Assembly (NCBI GenBank): GCA_051746905.1
Contig: JBNJFO010000001.1
Span: 429 to 24,428, forward strand
Direction: 5' to 3'
Length of the DNA stretch: 24,000 nucleotides
Origin: Thermoplasmatota archaeon
GTDB lineage: Archaea > Thermoplasmatota > Thermoplasmata > Halarchaeoplasmatales > Halarchaeoplasmataceae
The translations under genes were made by a program, and so were the position numbers. The notes beneath the pieces are model-generated. The model saw only the letters and a list, made by a program, of their open reading frames with translations, was not told where the DNA came from and searched no databases. Of the stretch, positions 9,401 to 17,903 are shown piece after piece. Every line of letters starts with the position of its first letter. The stretch's first letter is position 1.

Positions 9401-9410
9401 ACGATAAAAG
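9401..9410 (-). promoter_or_regulatory. Candidate TATA box for the pilus-like operon
   Basis: Minus-strand CTTTTATCGT is centred ~32 nt upstream of GTG 9374, matching the spacing seen at other first genes in this window. Confidence 0.25.
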
Positions 9411-9524
9411 AACTTTTCCCTGATATAATAGTCACAAGGCAGTTCAAACATCATCTTACAAACCTGTAGAGATATCCATACAATCTTTCTTCTGTATTAC
9501 ATTCCATCCTCATCTGACTATTTA

Positions 9525-9541
9525 AAAATGACGGTCATTTT
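9525..9541 (-). terminator. Palindrome overlapping the stop of the PhoU/TrkA_C gene; possible terminator
   Basis: aaaatgac-g-gtcatttt is a perfect 8+1+8 palindrome. On the minus strand it is followed by TTTTTAAA. Confidence 0.3.
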
Positions 9542-10092
9542 CTATCGATCATCTCCCCTAAACTCTCCTCGCTGTCCATGGGTCCACGAGCGAATATCAC
9601 GTCGCCACCCTTCAGAACATCTTTTTCATCCGGCCCGTATATCCAACTTCTCCCTCTTTTTATCGCTATTATCCACATGCCAGTTTCACTAGCGATCTTG
9701 AGGTCACCTATCTTTTTCCCATCTACCATCGATCCGGGAGATATCTTCTTTCTGACCATGAAAACGTCGGATTTTTCTAACCCTTTTTTCATGACTGGAT
9801 GTATATCTATATCTCTCAAAACGACGTCGGCGATATCCAAAGCGGAATCGGCGATCCTCTCTATCGAATCCGACATCCTCATCATTATGATGTACCTGCC
9901 GATGTTTTCTCCTTCGCAGTTCCTCAAAGAAGCTTTCTGGATCTGATCGAACAGTCCGTTTATTTTTTCTTCCAATTCTATGACTTCTTTGGCGATATCT
10001 CTATCATGGTAAATCAATGCGGAGTAGGCTAGGTCGATCATCAACTCAGAAGTGTTTTTCATATCCAAGATATAGCGTTCTAATTCCTTCAT
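9535..10092 (-). CDS. Soluble regulatory protein with PhoU-like helical domain plus TrkA_C (RCK C-terminal) domain, copy 2
   Basis: The N-terminal half is PhoU-like (ELMIDLAYSALIYHDRDIAKEVIELEEKIN...SIERIADSALDIADVV). The C-terminal half is TrkA_C-like (GKKIGDLKIASETGMWIIAIKRGRSWIYGPDEKDVLKGGDVIFARG). An ATGA overlap links it to the upstream gene. Confidence 0.85.
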   Translation of the reverse strand: MKELERYILDMKNTSELMIDLAYSALIYHDRDIAKEVIELEEKINGLFDQIQKASLRNCEGENIGRYIIMMRMSDSIERIADSALDIADVVLRDIDIHPVMKKGLEKSDVFMVRKKISPGSMVDGKKIGDLKIASETGMWIIAIKRGRSWIYGPDEKDVLKGGDVIFARGPMDSEESLGEMIDRK

Positions 10093-10748
10093 GATATCAC
10101 GCTCCGCCAGCTCTTTTCATCATGAGCTACCGCCTTAAGTTCTTTATAACCTTCTTCGACCCCTCTCACTATCAAAAGGTCACCCTCTGATAACCTGGTC
10201 CGGCTGTCCGGTCCGTACAACCATCTTTTTTTTCTCCGTATGGCGATGACCCTGACGCCGGTTTCCGATTCCAACATCAGTTCTCCTATCAATTTTCCAG
10301 CTATATCGGATCTTTGTTCTATCTTTATGGTATGTAACTTTTCATCCGCGTCCCTTAACATGTGCGGTAATATCGGTCTGAGTTCTACGTCCATGTCCAA
10401 CAGCTTGACCATGTCTTCAGCCGCATCCGATATCTTCTCCGCTGCCGAAGCCACTTGGAGGAGTCCGCTCAATTGTTCAGCGTCCTCTACTGTCCGGGCC
10501 CCCAACATGCTTTTCAACCTGATCTGGTACATCATCTTATCCATCTCGGATTCCAGGTGTTCGACTTCTTCAGCCAGTTCTTTATTATCGAAGGCCACGG
10601 CGGCGTACGCCAGGTCGGCGATCAATTCGGAGTTGTCCTTCATCAACGTTATCAATTCTCTCGCTGATGTGTCTTCGTATTTTATCTCGCCGTGCTCTTC
10701 TTTCAATTCCTTTCTCAACAGACTCTTTTTCAAAGTATCACAACCCAT
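10089..10748 (-). CDS. Soluble regulatory protein with PhoU-like domain plus TrkA_C domain, copy 1
   Basis: Same two-domain layout (ELIADLAYAAVAFDNKELAEEVEHLESEMD...; GKLIGELMLESETGVRVIAIRRKKRWLYGPDSRTRLSEGDLLIVRG). Confidence 0.85.
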   Translation of the reverse strand: MGCDTLKKSLLRKELKEEHGEIKYEDTSARELITLMKDNSELIADLAYAAVAFDNKELAEEVEHLESEMDKMMYQIRLKSMLGARTVEDAEQLSGLLQVASAAEKISDAAEDMVKLLDMDVELRPILPHMLRDADEKLHTIKIEQRSDIAGKLIGELMLESETGVRVIAIRRKKRWLYGPDSRTRLSEGDLLIVRGVEEGYKELKAVAHDEKSWRSVIS

Positions 10749-11281
10749 ATCATGAATAATAACGATATTATCCCGATGAAGTCCCCCAAAGTCGTCACCA
10801 ACGGAGGAACGATATCATCCGGGTCCAATTTTTTCTTGTAAGATATCGATGTCAGTATCAACGTTAAAAATACTACGGAGACGGTCAACAATATCCCCGC
10901 CCCTATGATTATCGTGAAAAGATGATAAGATACGACACCTAAATTTATGACAGTAGATGTGGACGCTACCGCTAATGAGACCAAGGCGAAGACCACACCA
11001 CCGATCACTAAAGACACAGATATATTATCATTCATCTCTTCGTCCCCGAATTCCATCTCTATGTAACCTGAATGTAGGCCTGATGATATACGTGCACCCA
11101 ATACTACCCCAAGGTTCCCTCCGACCCCGTTTATGACCGGGAGCAGGAACAGAAGGATAGGCAATTCGATCAACACCGTTTCTATAGAATTTAACATTTG
11201 TCCTCCCACCATACCGATGAAAGCGGTGAACAACAAGATATGATAACTGTTTTTGAAGATATCTTTCCAGTCCTGTTTCAT
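10730..11281 (-). CDS. MgtE-type divalent-cation transporter membrane domain only (no N-terminal/CBS domains), half B
   Basis: Has PVINGVGGNLGVVLGARIS and DPDDIVPPLVTTLGDFIG motifs typical of the MgtE TM domain, in a 183-aa multi-TM protein. An ATGA overlap links it to the upstream gene. Confidence 0.85.
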   Translation of the reverse strand: MKQDWKDIFKNSYHILLFTAFIGMVGGQMLNSIETVLIELPILLFLLPVINGVGGNLGVVLGARISSGLHSGYIEMEFGDEEMNDNISVSLVIGGVVFALVSLAVASTSTVINLGVVSYHLFTIIIGAGILLTVSVVFLTLILTSISYKKKLDPDDIVPPLVTTLGDFIGIISLLFMIWVVIL

Positions 11282-11841
11282 ATCATCAACCCCCCGATGA
11301 CCGATGAATAAGTGAATAAGATGATAAGTGTGAGAACATCCCCGACCGTCGTCAAAAGGGGGCCGGTTATATTATCCGGATCCAGGCCGAACTTGACCGC
11401 TGAGATCACGATAAAAAAAGCCATGGTCGAAAGCAGTATGCCGGAAGTTAACCCGGTAAGAACGGATATCGAAAAAAGGGCGAAGAATACCGAACTGGTC
11501 AATTGAAAACCGAACATCAAAGAAGTCAAAAGGAAGAAAAATGGAAGGAGTATCGACACGAACAAGTTCAACGACAGCGAACCTTTTAGATTCTCCAGAA
11601 CGAAGTCAGACGTGAATCCCTCCTCTACTAATCCTAGATGAACGGCGGAACCGAGGCGTGAACCCAGTGCCGAAGAGATGTTCCCCCTCATCCCTATGAT
11701 CGCAGGAACGAAGGCGATCAAACCCGGCAGTAATTTGAGGACGGGGGTCATGTTGCCCAGGATGTACCCTGTCAAAGCGCCCCCTAAAGCACACAAGATA
11801 AGGACTGGGGCCGTCTCAACGAGCACTCTCCTCCTGTTCAT
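11278..11841 (-). CDS. MgtE-type divalent-cation transporter membrane domain only, half A
   Basis: Has PAIIGMRGNISSALGSRLG and DPDNITGPLLTTVGDVLT motifs in a 187-aa protein. It is the first gene of the four-gene operon. Confidence 0.85.
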   Translation of the reverse strand: MNRRRVLVETAPVLILCALGGALTGYILGNMTPVLKLLPGLIAFVPAIIGMRGNISSALGSRLGSAVHLGLVEEGFTSDFVLENLKGSLSLNLFVSILLPFFFLLTSLMFGFQLTSSVFFALFSISVLTGLTSGILLSTMAFFIVISAVKFGLDPDNITGPLLTTVGDVLTLIILFTYSSVIGGLMI

Positions 11842-11862
11842 CGTTCAAGGTAACGAAAGCAT

Positions 11863-11873
11863 CTTTTTATTTT
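11863..11873 (-). promoter_or_regulatory. Candidate TATA box for the MgtE-like/PhoU-TrkA_C operon
   Basis: Minus-strand AAAATAAAAAG is centred ~27 nt upstream of ATG 11841, which implies a leaderless or near-leaderless mRNA. Confidence 0.3.
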
Positions 11874-11932
11874 CTTCCCTAAAATGAAAGATAGGGGAAA
11901 AAAGTGAATAAAGAGGTATGTGATTAGGGCTC

Positions 11933-12850
11933 GTGTTAGACAAGATAAAGAGTATCCCATACAGCTACAGCGCCATGGCCACACTGGCGGTGATCCTCGG
12001 TTTCGTTACTGGTGGATTCCCCTACAATTCAGAGGTTACTCTGGTCGCCCTCCTGGTGGTGATGTCGCTTTCAACGAGAGATGTCAGATTCCGTGAACTC
12101 AGGAGTCTGAGGGGGCATCTGAAAGATTTTCTTATCGTGTTTTTATTGAACTACGTATTACTGACAGTATCTATGGCTGGGTTGGCGTACCTTCTTTTTT
12201 CGGATATAAAACTGATACAGGGCATGGTGGTCTTCGCTTTGATGCCGTCGGCCATAGCGGTCATACCGTTCACGAAGATGGTAGACGGGGATATGGAGCT
12301 CTCACTCATCTCGACCTCGCTTCTTTACCTCTCATCACTTGTGATGGTGCCCGTTTTTCTATTCTTACTGTTCGGCAACGAAGTCGGGCTGATCCCGATC
12401 TTAAAAAATCTGTTCATCATGCTGGTTCTGCCGATCTTTATATCCAGGATATTGTTGAAAGTAGGGTATGAAGAGAGAAAACATGATAAAGCGATAGTGA
12501 ACACTTCTTTTCTAATAATCATAATGGGAGCTATAGGGACCAACCGCCATCTGTTTTTCGATAGAACCGAGATATTACTACCGATATTTTTCATAGGGCT
12601 CGTTAGGAGCATCGGTCTGACCAGCATCACTGCATTTATAGGTAAAAAACTGGGATCACCGCATAAAAAATTGAGGAGCTATATTCTTTTTTCAGGCTAC
12701 AAGAACGGGGGATTATCTATAATCTTAGCAGTGCTGCTTTTCGGGGCTGAAGCGAGCTTCCCTATAGTGGTCGGATTCCCCTTCGACCTAATATTGATAA
12801 TATATATTATGAATATATTGATAGATAAGTTAGAACTTACTGCCAACTGA
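11933..12850 (+). CDS. Polytopic membrane transporter, probably bile acid:Na+ symporter (BASS/SBF)-like
   Basis: 305 aa with about 9-10 hydrophobic helices. The segment GMVVFALMPSAIAVIPFTKMVDGDMELSLISTSLLYLSSLVMVPV resembles the SBF core. The start is a GTG, and an alternative ATG lies at 11975. Confidence 0.65.
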   Translation: MLDKIKSIPYSYSAMATLAVILGFVTGGFPYNSEVTLVALLVVMSLSTRDVRFRELRSLRGHLKDFLIVFLLNYVLLTVSMAGLAYLLFSDIKLIQGMVVFALMPSAIAVIPFTKMVDGDMELSLISTSLLYLSSLVMVPVFLFLLFGNEVGLIPILKNLFIMLVLPIFISRILLKVGYEERKHDKAIVNTSFLIIIMGAIGTNRHLFFDRTEILLPIFFIGLVRSIGLTSITAFIGKKLGSPHKKLRSYILFSGYKNGGLSIILAVLLFGAEASFPIVVGFPFDLILIIYIMNILIDKLELTAN

Positions 12851-13067
12851 GCCTTTTCATCTCTCTGTCTTCCTTGGTCTTCTTCTTGTACTCTTTCCAG
12901 TGTTTTTTACAGAGATAAACGTTCCTTTCCGACGTATCTACGTCCAACCCGGCTTTTTTAGATGCTTTGTTGGCGGATACGGATTGCTTCTTCTTACCGT
13001 CACAGCCCTTCACATCACAGGTTTTCTTCTTCCTTTTGCTCCTACGTTTATGTTTCAAGTCTGACAC
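12837..13067 (-). CDS. Small, very basic putative zinc-finger protein (C-x4-C ... C-x2-H)
   Basis: 76 aa with about 40% K/R. CDVKGC and LCKKH could form a CCCH site. It has a GTG start, and its 3' end overlaps the convergent transporter gene by 14 nt. I recognise no family. Confidence 0.5.
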   Translation of the reverse strand: MSDLKHKRRSKRKKKTCDVKGCDGKKKQSVSANKASKKAGLDVDTSERNVYLCKKHWKEYKKKTKEDREMKRLSWQ

Positions 13068-13184
13068 CTATCACATATAATGTGAAGTCGGTAATTATTC
13101 TTTTCCCAGATTGAAAACCCTCGTCAGCAAAAATATTTATATGGGCGACCTAATGAGTGCGGCAAATTCAAGGATTAGATAGAA

Positions 13185-13194
13185 TTATTTATTA
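13185..13194 (+). promoter_or_regulatory. Candidate TATA box for the 971-aa surface protein gene
   Basis: TTATTTATTA is centred ~27 nt upstream of ATG 13217. A second TATA-like site, ATTTATAT, lies at 13135-13142. Confidence 0.3.
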
Positions 13195-13195
13195 A

Positions 13196-16111
13196 ATGTC
13201 CATGGAGGAACAAGAAATGAAAACGAAAACAGTAGGCAAATTCGCTACCGCCCTGATGGTGCTTTTGATAGTGCTGTCGGGAATGATGGTACTGCAAAGT
13301 AGTGCGCTAGCTGAAGAAAGCGAAGACGGTAAGATAGTAGGTAGAATACAAGCCAATGATGGAACCACAACGATAAGGCCGAAGGGGGTTGAAGTAAGAC
13401 TCATGGATGTTTCACAAAGAGATGTATCGATGGACCAATTGATGTCCGTAAAGACCTCGGCAGGAGGTTATTTCAGTTTCGATGATCTCGGTGCAGGATA
13501 TTACAAAGTGATAGTGCCTTCACAATCAGACATGGTTCAGGAAAAGGTATTCTTCAAGAACCACACAGATGTTGTCCAGCTGAATCAAGGACAGAAGCTC
13601 GACATGGATTACATCAACGTAGAATACAAGAACCTCGAATACAAGATAACAGGAAATGTCACAGACTCTGACGGCGAAGGGATCTCCACGCCTATGGTCG
13701 AGATACAGGACATGGAGAACAATTATCATCAACAGGCTGATATCATAGACCAAGCCAACGGGACTTACGAGATACACGCTTACGGTGGAGATTTTATACT
13801 CAAAGCAGAGGCAGACAATTATATGGCCAATACGACGGTCCATACGATCTCTTCCGACGTTGAGCAGGATATAATTTTGGAGAAATCTCCTGTTTCACCG
13901 ATGGTGAGCGGTTTCATTTATGATGAAAACGATGTGGGTATCGAATCCCAGATAGACGTCACACTGTATGATATGACCAATGGGACTTTGATCCACGAAA
14001 CCGTAGAGAGCGGCCCTTACTATGAAGTCCCAGCTGTAGACGGTAACTACACCATAGTCTTGAATGCAGAGGGCTACGAACCTATAATACATCACCAGTT
14101 GATCAACTCAACTTCCACTCTCGATTATTATTTCGGAGTCGAACACGTTGACAGTTTCGGTGACGAGGGTATCCACTTCTCAATCGATTTCGCAGATGAA
14201 GATTGGTCAAACCTCACGATAACCACGGAAAGGGAGATCCTCCCGAACACGGTATTCGAAGGGCTCGATTATTCATACCTTGGAAATTACAGGATGCAGA
14301 TCGACATGGCTTTGGGAGATGGTGATCTCGTGCTGGAATCCAACGAGATATCAAATTTCACTACTTGGATGGAATACAGAGAAGCAAAGATGATGACCAC
14401 GGACGATATGATCAAACTTGATGGTCACTCATTTGAACTTGCTAACGTCGTCTCTACACCGAGTTTCGGCAGTATATCGACCGGAGACGCGACAACAGTT
14501 CCATCGTCTAGCTTCAATATTACATCGGAAGTCGAATATCAGTCGAACCACGTCGAATTGGATAAAGACATGTACGATATGGACCTTGAACTGATGAACG
14601 ACCACACGATAGAAAACTTGAGAGATTACAGTTATGAGATCATACTGAGGAACGGATACGAGAGGACCAACTCTCCTTCAGGTGTCGACATCGAAGGTTA
14701 CTCTACTATCAATATAGATACTGAAGAAAATGCGGGAACCACTCCGATCTCTTTAGATATAAGGGCATTCGAAGTTGGAGAGGTTTCACTCACGATAGAA
14801 CAAGGAGTGGACGTTTACCAGAAAGACAACATGACTTACGTTGTAAAACAGGGAAGCGAGGTAAAAGCGATCTCTGACTACGACGACCCCATAGGTCAAG
14901 AAGAAGGTGTAAACTACTCTTGGCAGTTGGACGGAACCGATTTGGAAAAATACACGAAGACCATAACACACACTTTCGAAGATGAAGGTGAAGAGACTTT
15001 GACCATCGTTGTGACAGAGACCAGCGGTGAACAGATAACTGAAGAAGTTACCATCATAGTCGATGGAAGCGGCCCGACAGGTAGTATAGACGCGGATAAT
15101 ACCACAATTGATGAAGGAGATATAATCACATTCAGCGCTTCTTCATTCGAGGACGATACACCGATACCGGAAGACGGATACGAATGGAACTTCAGCGATG
15201 GATCCGAGATGATGGTCGGAGAGAACGTCACCCACAGATTCAACTTGAAAGGTACTTACACGGTAAAACTGAACATCACTGATTCGATAGGCAACTACAA
15301 CGACGGAGAAACCATAGATATAACAGTCGAAGACGCAACGAAGCCATTTGCAAGATACACAGCCATGTACGGTGGAGAAACGAAGGAAAACCAGAACATC
15401 TCTAAGATAAACATAGAACGGTATCAGAACTTGACTTTAGATGCCAGCGATTCATACGACCCCGCGGGATACGAAGCCGAGAGAACAGACGTTGATACGG
15501 TCACATGGTGGTTGGAAGAGAAGAACGAGAAGATAACCGAAACGGAAACGGAATTCATCTTCGACAAAGTGACCTCTTACACATTATTCCTCAACGTAAC
15601 AGACATAGCAGGGAACTACCACAACATCAGCACACCGATAGAAGTGACACCAGGCCCGACACCGAACCTCGAGATAGCGAACTTCTCGGTATCAAAATCC
15701 AAACCGACTGCAGGCGACAAGATAACGGTCGAGATCAAGGTGACCAACTACGGAACAGCACACGCTGAAGACGTACAGGTGACTTTCAAAGTGGATAACA
15801 AGACAAAATCGATAACACCTGAATTCTACAACGAAGATGGAACGGAAGCCAACGATACCATCGAAAAAGGTGGATCCAAAACCATCAAATTCGATTACAA
15901 ACCAGGCGACAAAGGTAAAGAAACACTCATGATCAATGTGACAGATTCCGACGAACCAACGGGATGGTTCTACGATAACGAAGACGAGCTTAGCATAGAC
16001 GTACAGGCACCAGCATGGAGACAGAACATCGCATTGATACTGATACCTGTGATAATAATAGGTGTCTCGGTAGCACTTTACTACTACAAAGAAAAGATAT
16101 TCGGTGAGTAA
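13196..16111 (+). CDS. Large secreted, C-terminally anchored surface protein with three CarboxypepD_reg-like domains, PKD repeats and a CARDB domain
   Basis: Signal peptide MKTKTVGKFATALMVLLIVLSGMMVLQSSALA-EE, so the real start is probably ATG 13217. PKD-like segments include YEWNFSDGSEMMVGENVTHRFNLKGTYTVKLNITDSIGN. The CARDB-like segment is AGDKITVEIKVTNYGTAHAEDVQVTF. The C-terminal TM helix is IALILIPVIIIGVSVALYYY. Confidence 0.9.
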   Translation: MSMEEQEMKTKTVGKFATALMVLLIVLSGMMVLQSSALAEESEDGKIVGRIQANDGTTTIRPKGVEVRLMDVSQRDVSMDQLMSVKTSAGGYFSFDDLGAGYYKVIVPSQSDMVQEKVFFKNHTDVVQLNQGQKLDMDYINVEYKNLEYKITGNVTDSDGEGISTPMVEIQDMENNYHQQADIIDQANGTYEIHAYGGDFILKAEADNYMANTTVHTISSDVEQDIILEKSPVSPMVSGFIYDENDVGIESQIDVTLYDMTNGTLIHETVESGPYYEVPAVDGNYTIVLNAEGYEPIIHHQLINSTSTLDYYFGVEHVDSFGDEGIHFSIDFADEDWSNLTITTEREILPNTVFEGLDYSYLGNYRMQIDMALGDGDLVLESNEISNFTTWMEYREAKMMTTDDMIKLDGHSFELANVVSTPSFGSISTGDATTVPSSSFNITSEVEYQSNHVELDKDMYDMDLELMNDHTIENLRDYSYEIILRNGYERTNSPSGVDIEGYSTINIDTEENAGTTPISLDIRAFEVGEVSLTIEQGVDVYQKDNMTYVVKQGSEVKAISDYDDPIGQEEGVNYSWQLDGTDLEKYTKTITHTFEDEGEETLTIVVTETSGEQITEEVTIIVDGSGPTGSIDADNTTIDEGDIITFSASSFEDDTPIPEDGYEWNFSDGSEMMVGENVTHRFNLKGTYTVKLNITDSIGNYNDGETIDITVEDATKPFARYTAMYGGETKENQNISKINIERYQNLTLDASDSYDPAGYEAERTDVDTVTWWLEEKNEKITETETEFIFDKVTSYTLFLNVTDIAGNYHNISTPIEVTPGPTPNLEIANFSVSKSKPTAGDKITVEIKVTNYGTAHAEDVQVTFKVDNKTKSITPEFYNEDGTEANDTIEKGGSKTIKFDYKPGDKGKETLMINVTDSDEPTGWFYDNEDELSIDVQAPAWRQNIALILIPVIIIGVSVALYYYKEKIFGE

Positions 16112-16114
16112 AAC

Positions 16115-16165
16115 ACCAAAAAAACCCCTTTTTTGTTTTTTCGTTTTTTTACTTTTTTGATCTTC
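16115..16165. terminator. Putative bidirectional oligo-T/oligo-A terminator between convergent genes
   Basis: CACCAAAAAAACCCCTTTTTTG is followed by four more T5-T7 runs between the stop at 16111 and the argS stop at 16178. Confidence 0.45.
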
Positions 16166-16177
16166 TACTTCTCAGAT

Positions 16178-17893
16178 CTACATCTCTTCAGGAGCTTCTA
16201 TCCCCAACGTATTCAACACACTTTTCATCACAGACGAGAAAGCTCGTACGAGTGCCACCCTCTCAGCCCTCTTATCCTCTGATTTTAGAACGGGATGATC
16301 CCGGTAGAATTGGTTGAATTCAGAGGCGAGCTCACGGGCATATTTCGCGAGTATGTGGGGTGCATTGTTATCTCCCGCTTTTTTTAGTGTGATAGGATAA
16401 TCCGCCATCTTCTTTATCAGACGTATCTCTCCTTCCTCATCCAGTTTCAAGATATCCTTTTCATCTTCCCCAGCCCCGTACTTTTCCAATATCCCACATG
16501 CTCTAGCATACGAGTACTGGACGAACGGGGCGCTGTCGCCCTGGAAATTGAGTGCCTCATGCCATTTGAAATCTATGGGTTTTTCCGGCTGAACTTTGAT
16601 TATGTTGAACCTGACAGCGCCTATACCCACCTTCTCGGCGATATCGTTCACTACCTCGGGAGCCAATTCATCCCTTCTCTTCAATATCTCCTCTTTGGAC
16701 TTATCCCTAGCTTTATCCATGAAATCATCGAGAGGGATCGATGTTCCCGCACGGGTGGACATACCCTCGCCCTCGAAGGTCACGAACGAGTGAAATACGA
16801 AATCAGGTGATGGTTCTATCCCCAGCAGAGAGAGCGCCTTCACGATGGACTTTGCGTGCAGTTTGTGGTCTTCTCCCAATACATCGATCTGTTTTTCACA
16901 ACTCTCGGCTTTCCACGCGTGGTATGCTATATCTCGGCCAGGATATAGACTGGTACCGTCGCTTCTCTTGAGATAAACTCTCTTATCATCTATTTCTATG
17001 AACTGTGCCCCTTCTTCGAAACCACATGCGCCGGTTTTTTCTAATTCCTCGAGTATCTCGGCGACCCTGCCGCTGGCCACTAACTCTGATTCACTTTTGT
17101 AAGTATCATGTATCACATTCAATCTTTTTAAGGATCGCTTGATTATCCCCATAACCATCTCCGAGGTTTCTCGTAGATGATATGGATCCTCTTCTACTTT
17201 GTTGATCAGGTTCCGAATATCATCAACTATCACTTCATCCTCTTTAGTTGATCTTCCTGCGAACTTACTGACCGTTTGATATATTTTGGCGATCTTGTCC
17301 GCTTCTGTTTTTATGTCTGAATGGTCAAATTCTATCTTCTTATCTTCTCCATAGAGGATAACGTTCTTCTCTTCATCGAGGTGATCCAAACCGGAGGCGG
17401 TCATAGCCACCTGTCTCCCCATATCATCTACGTAATACTGTGTTTCCACATCATATCCCATCTTCTTGTAGATCCTGGCTAGAGTGTCCCCTACTATCGG
17501 ATTTCTAGCATTACCTACGTGAAGTGGTGCATTCGGATTGGCACTAGTGTGTTCGATGGTGACCTTTACGTTCTTATCATCCATCTTCCCGTATCCATCT
17601 CTCATATCTTCAGCTAATCCCAATGTCTTGGTGGCCAATAATTCATCATCTATCTTGAAATTGACATAAGGGCCCATCGGCTGTGCGGTCCCCGATCTTA
17701 ATTCGATGTTCTCAGCGATATCTTCTGCTATATCTTGGGGTGACCTTTTCAATTCGCCAGCATACATGAAACACGGTAAAGCATAGTCTCCTCTCTCTTC
17801 TGATGGGATCTCTAGAGGTACTTCTTCCACTCCTAATAGCTCCTTGACGGATCCTTTTATTTCTTCTTCAAATTCGAGTAATGGGTATTCCAT
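16178..17893 (-). CDS. argS: Arginine--tRNA ligase (class I)
   Basis: HTSANPNAPLHVGNARN (HIGH-type motif), YYVDDMGRQV, GMSTRAG (KMSK-equivalent), and a DALR-type C-terminal domain ending ...LGIEAPEEM. AGGTGA SD lies 10 nt after the prf1 stop. Confidence 0.97.
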   Translation of the reverse strand: MEYPLLEFEEEIKGSVKELLGVEEVPLEIPSEERGDYALPCFMYAGELKRSPQDIAEDIAENIELRSGTAQPMGPYVNFKIDDELLATKTLGLAEDMRDGYGKMDDKNVKVTIEHTSANPNAPLHVGNARNPIVGDTLARIYKKMGYDVETQYYVDDMGRQVAMTASGLDHLDEEKNVILYGEDKKIEFDHSDIKTEADKIAKIYQTVSKFAGRSTKEDEVIVDDIRNLINKVEEDPYHLRETSEMVMGIIKRSLKRLNVIHDTYKSESELVASGRVAEILEELEKTGACGFEEGAQFIEIDDKRVYLKRSDGTSLYPGRDIAYHAWKAESCEKQIDVLGEDHKLHAKSIVKALSLLGIEPSPDFVFHSFVTFEGEGMSTRAGTSIPLDDFMDKARDKSKEEILKRRDELAPEVVNDIAEKVGIGAVRFNIIKVQPEKPIDFKWHEALNFQGDSAPFVQYSYARACGILEKYGAGEDEKDILKLDEEGEIRLIKKMADYPITLKKAGDNNAPHILAKYARELASEFNQFYRDHPVLKSEDKRAERVALVRAFSSVMKSVLNTLGIEAPEEM

Positions 17894-17903
17894 CTGTTCA
17901 CCT

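Noticed and set aside
10240-10755. 171-aa plus-strand ORF, plus other antisense ORFs (9578-9946, 13526-13843, 14914-15243, 18166-18591, 6117-6446, 6932-7255, 8097-8493)
   Set aside because: All lie fully inside well-supported genes on the opposite strand. They have S/L/I-rich low-information translations and no start-site context.
17480-17560. ArgRS signature reads HVGN rather than HIGH
   Set aside because: ArgRS enzymes commonly deviate from the canonical HIGH and KMSKS sequences. The rest of the protein, including the DALR domain and terminal Met, is typical.
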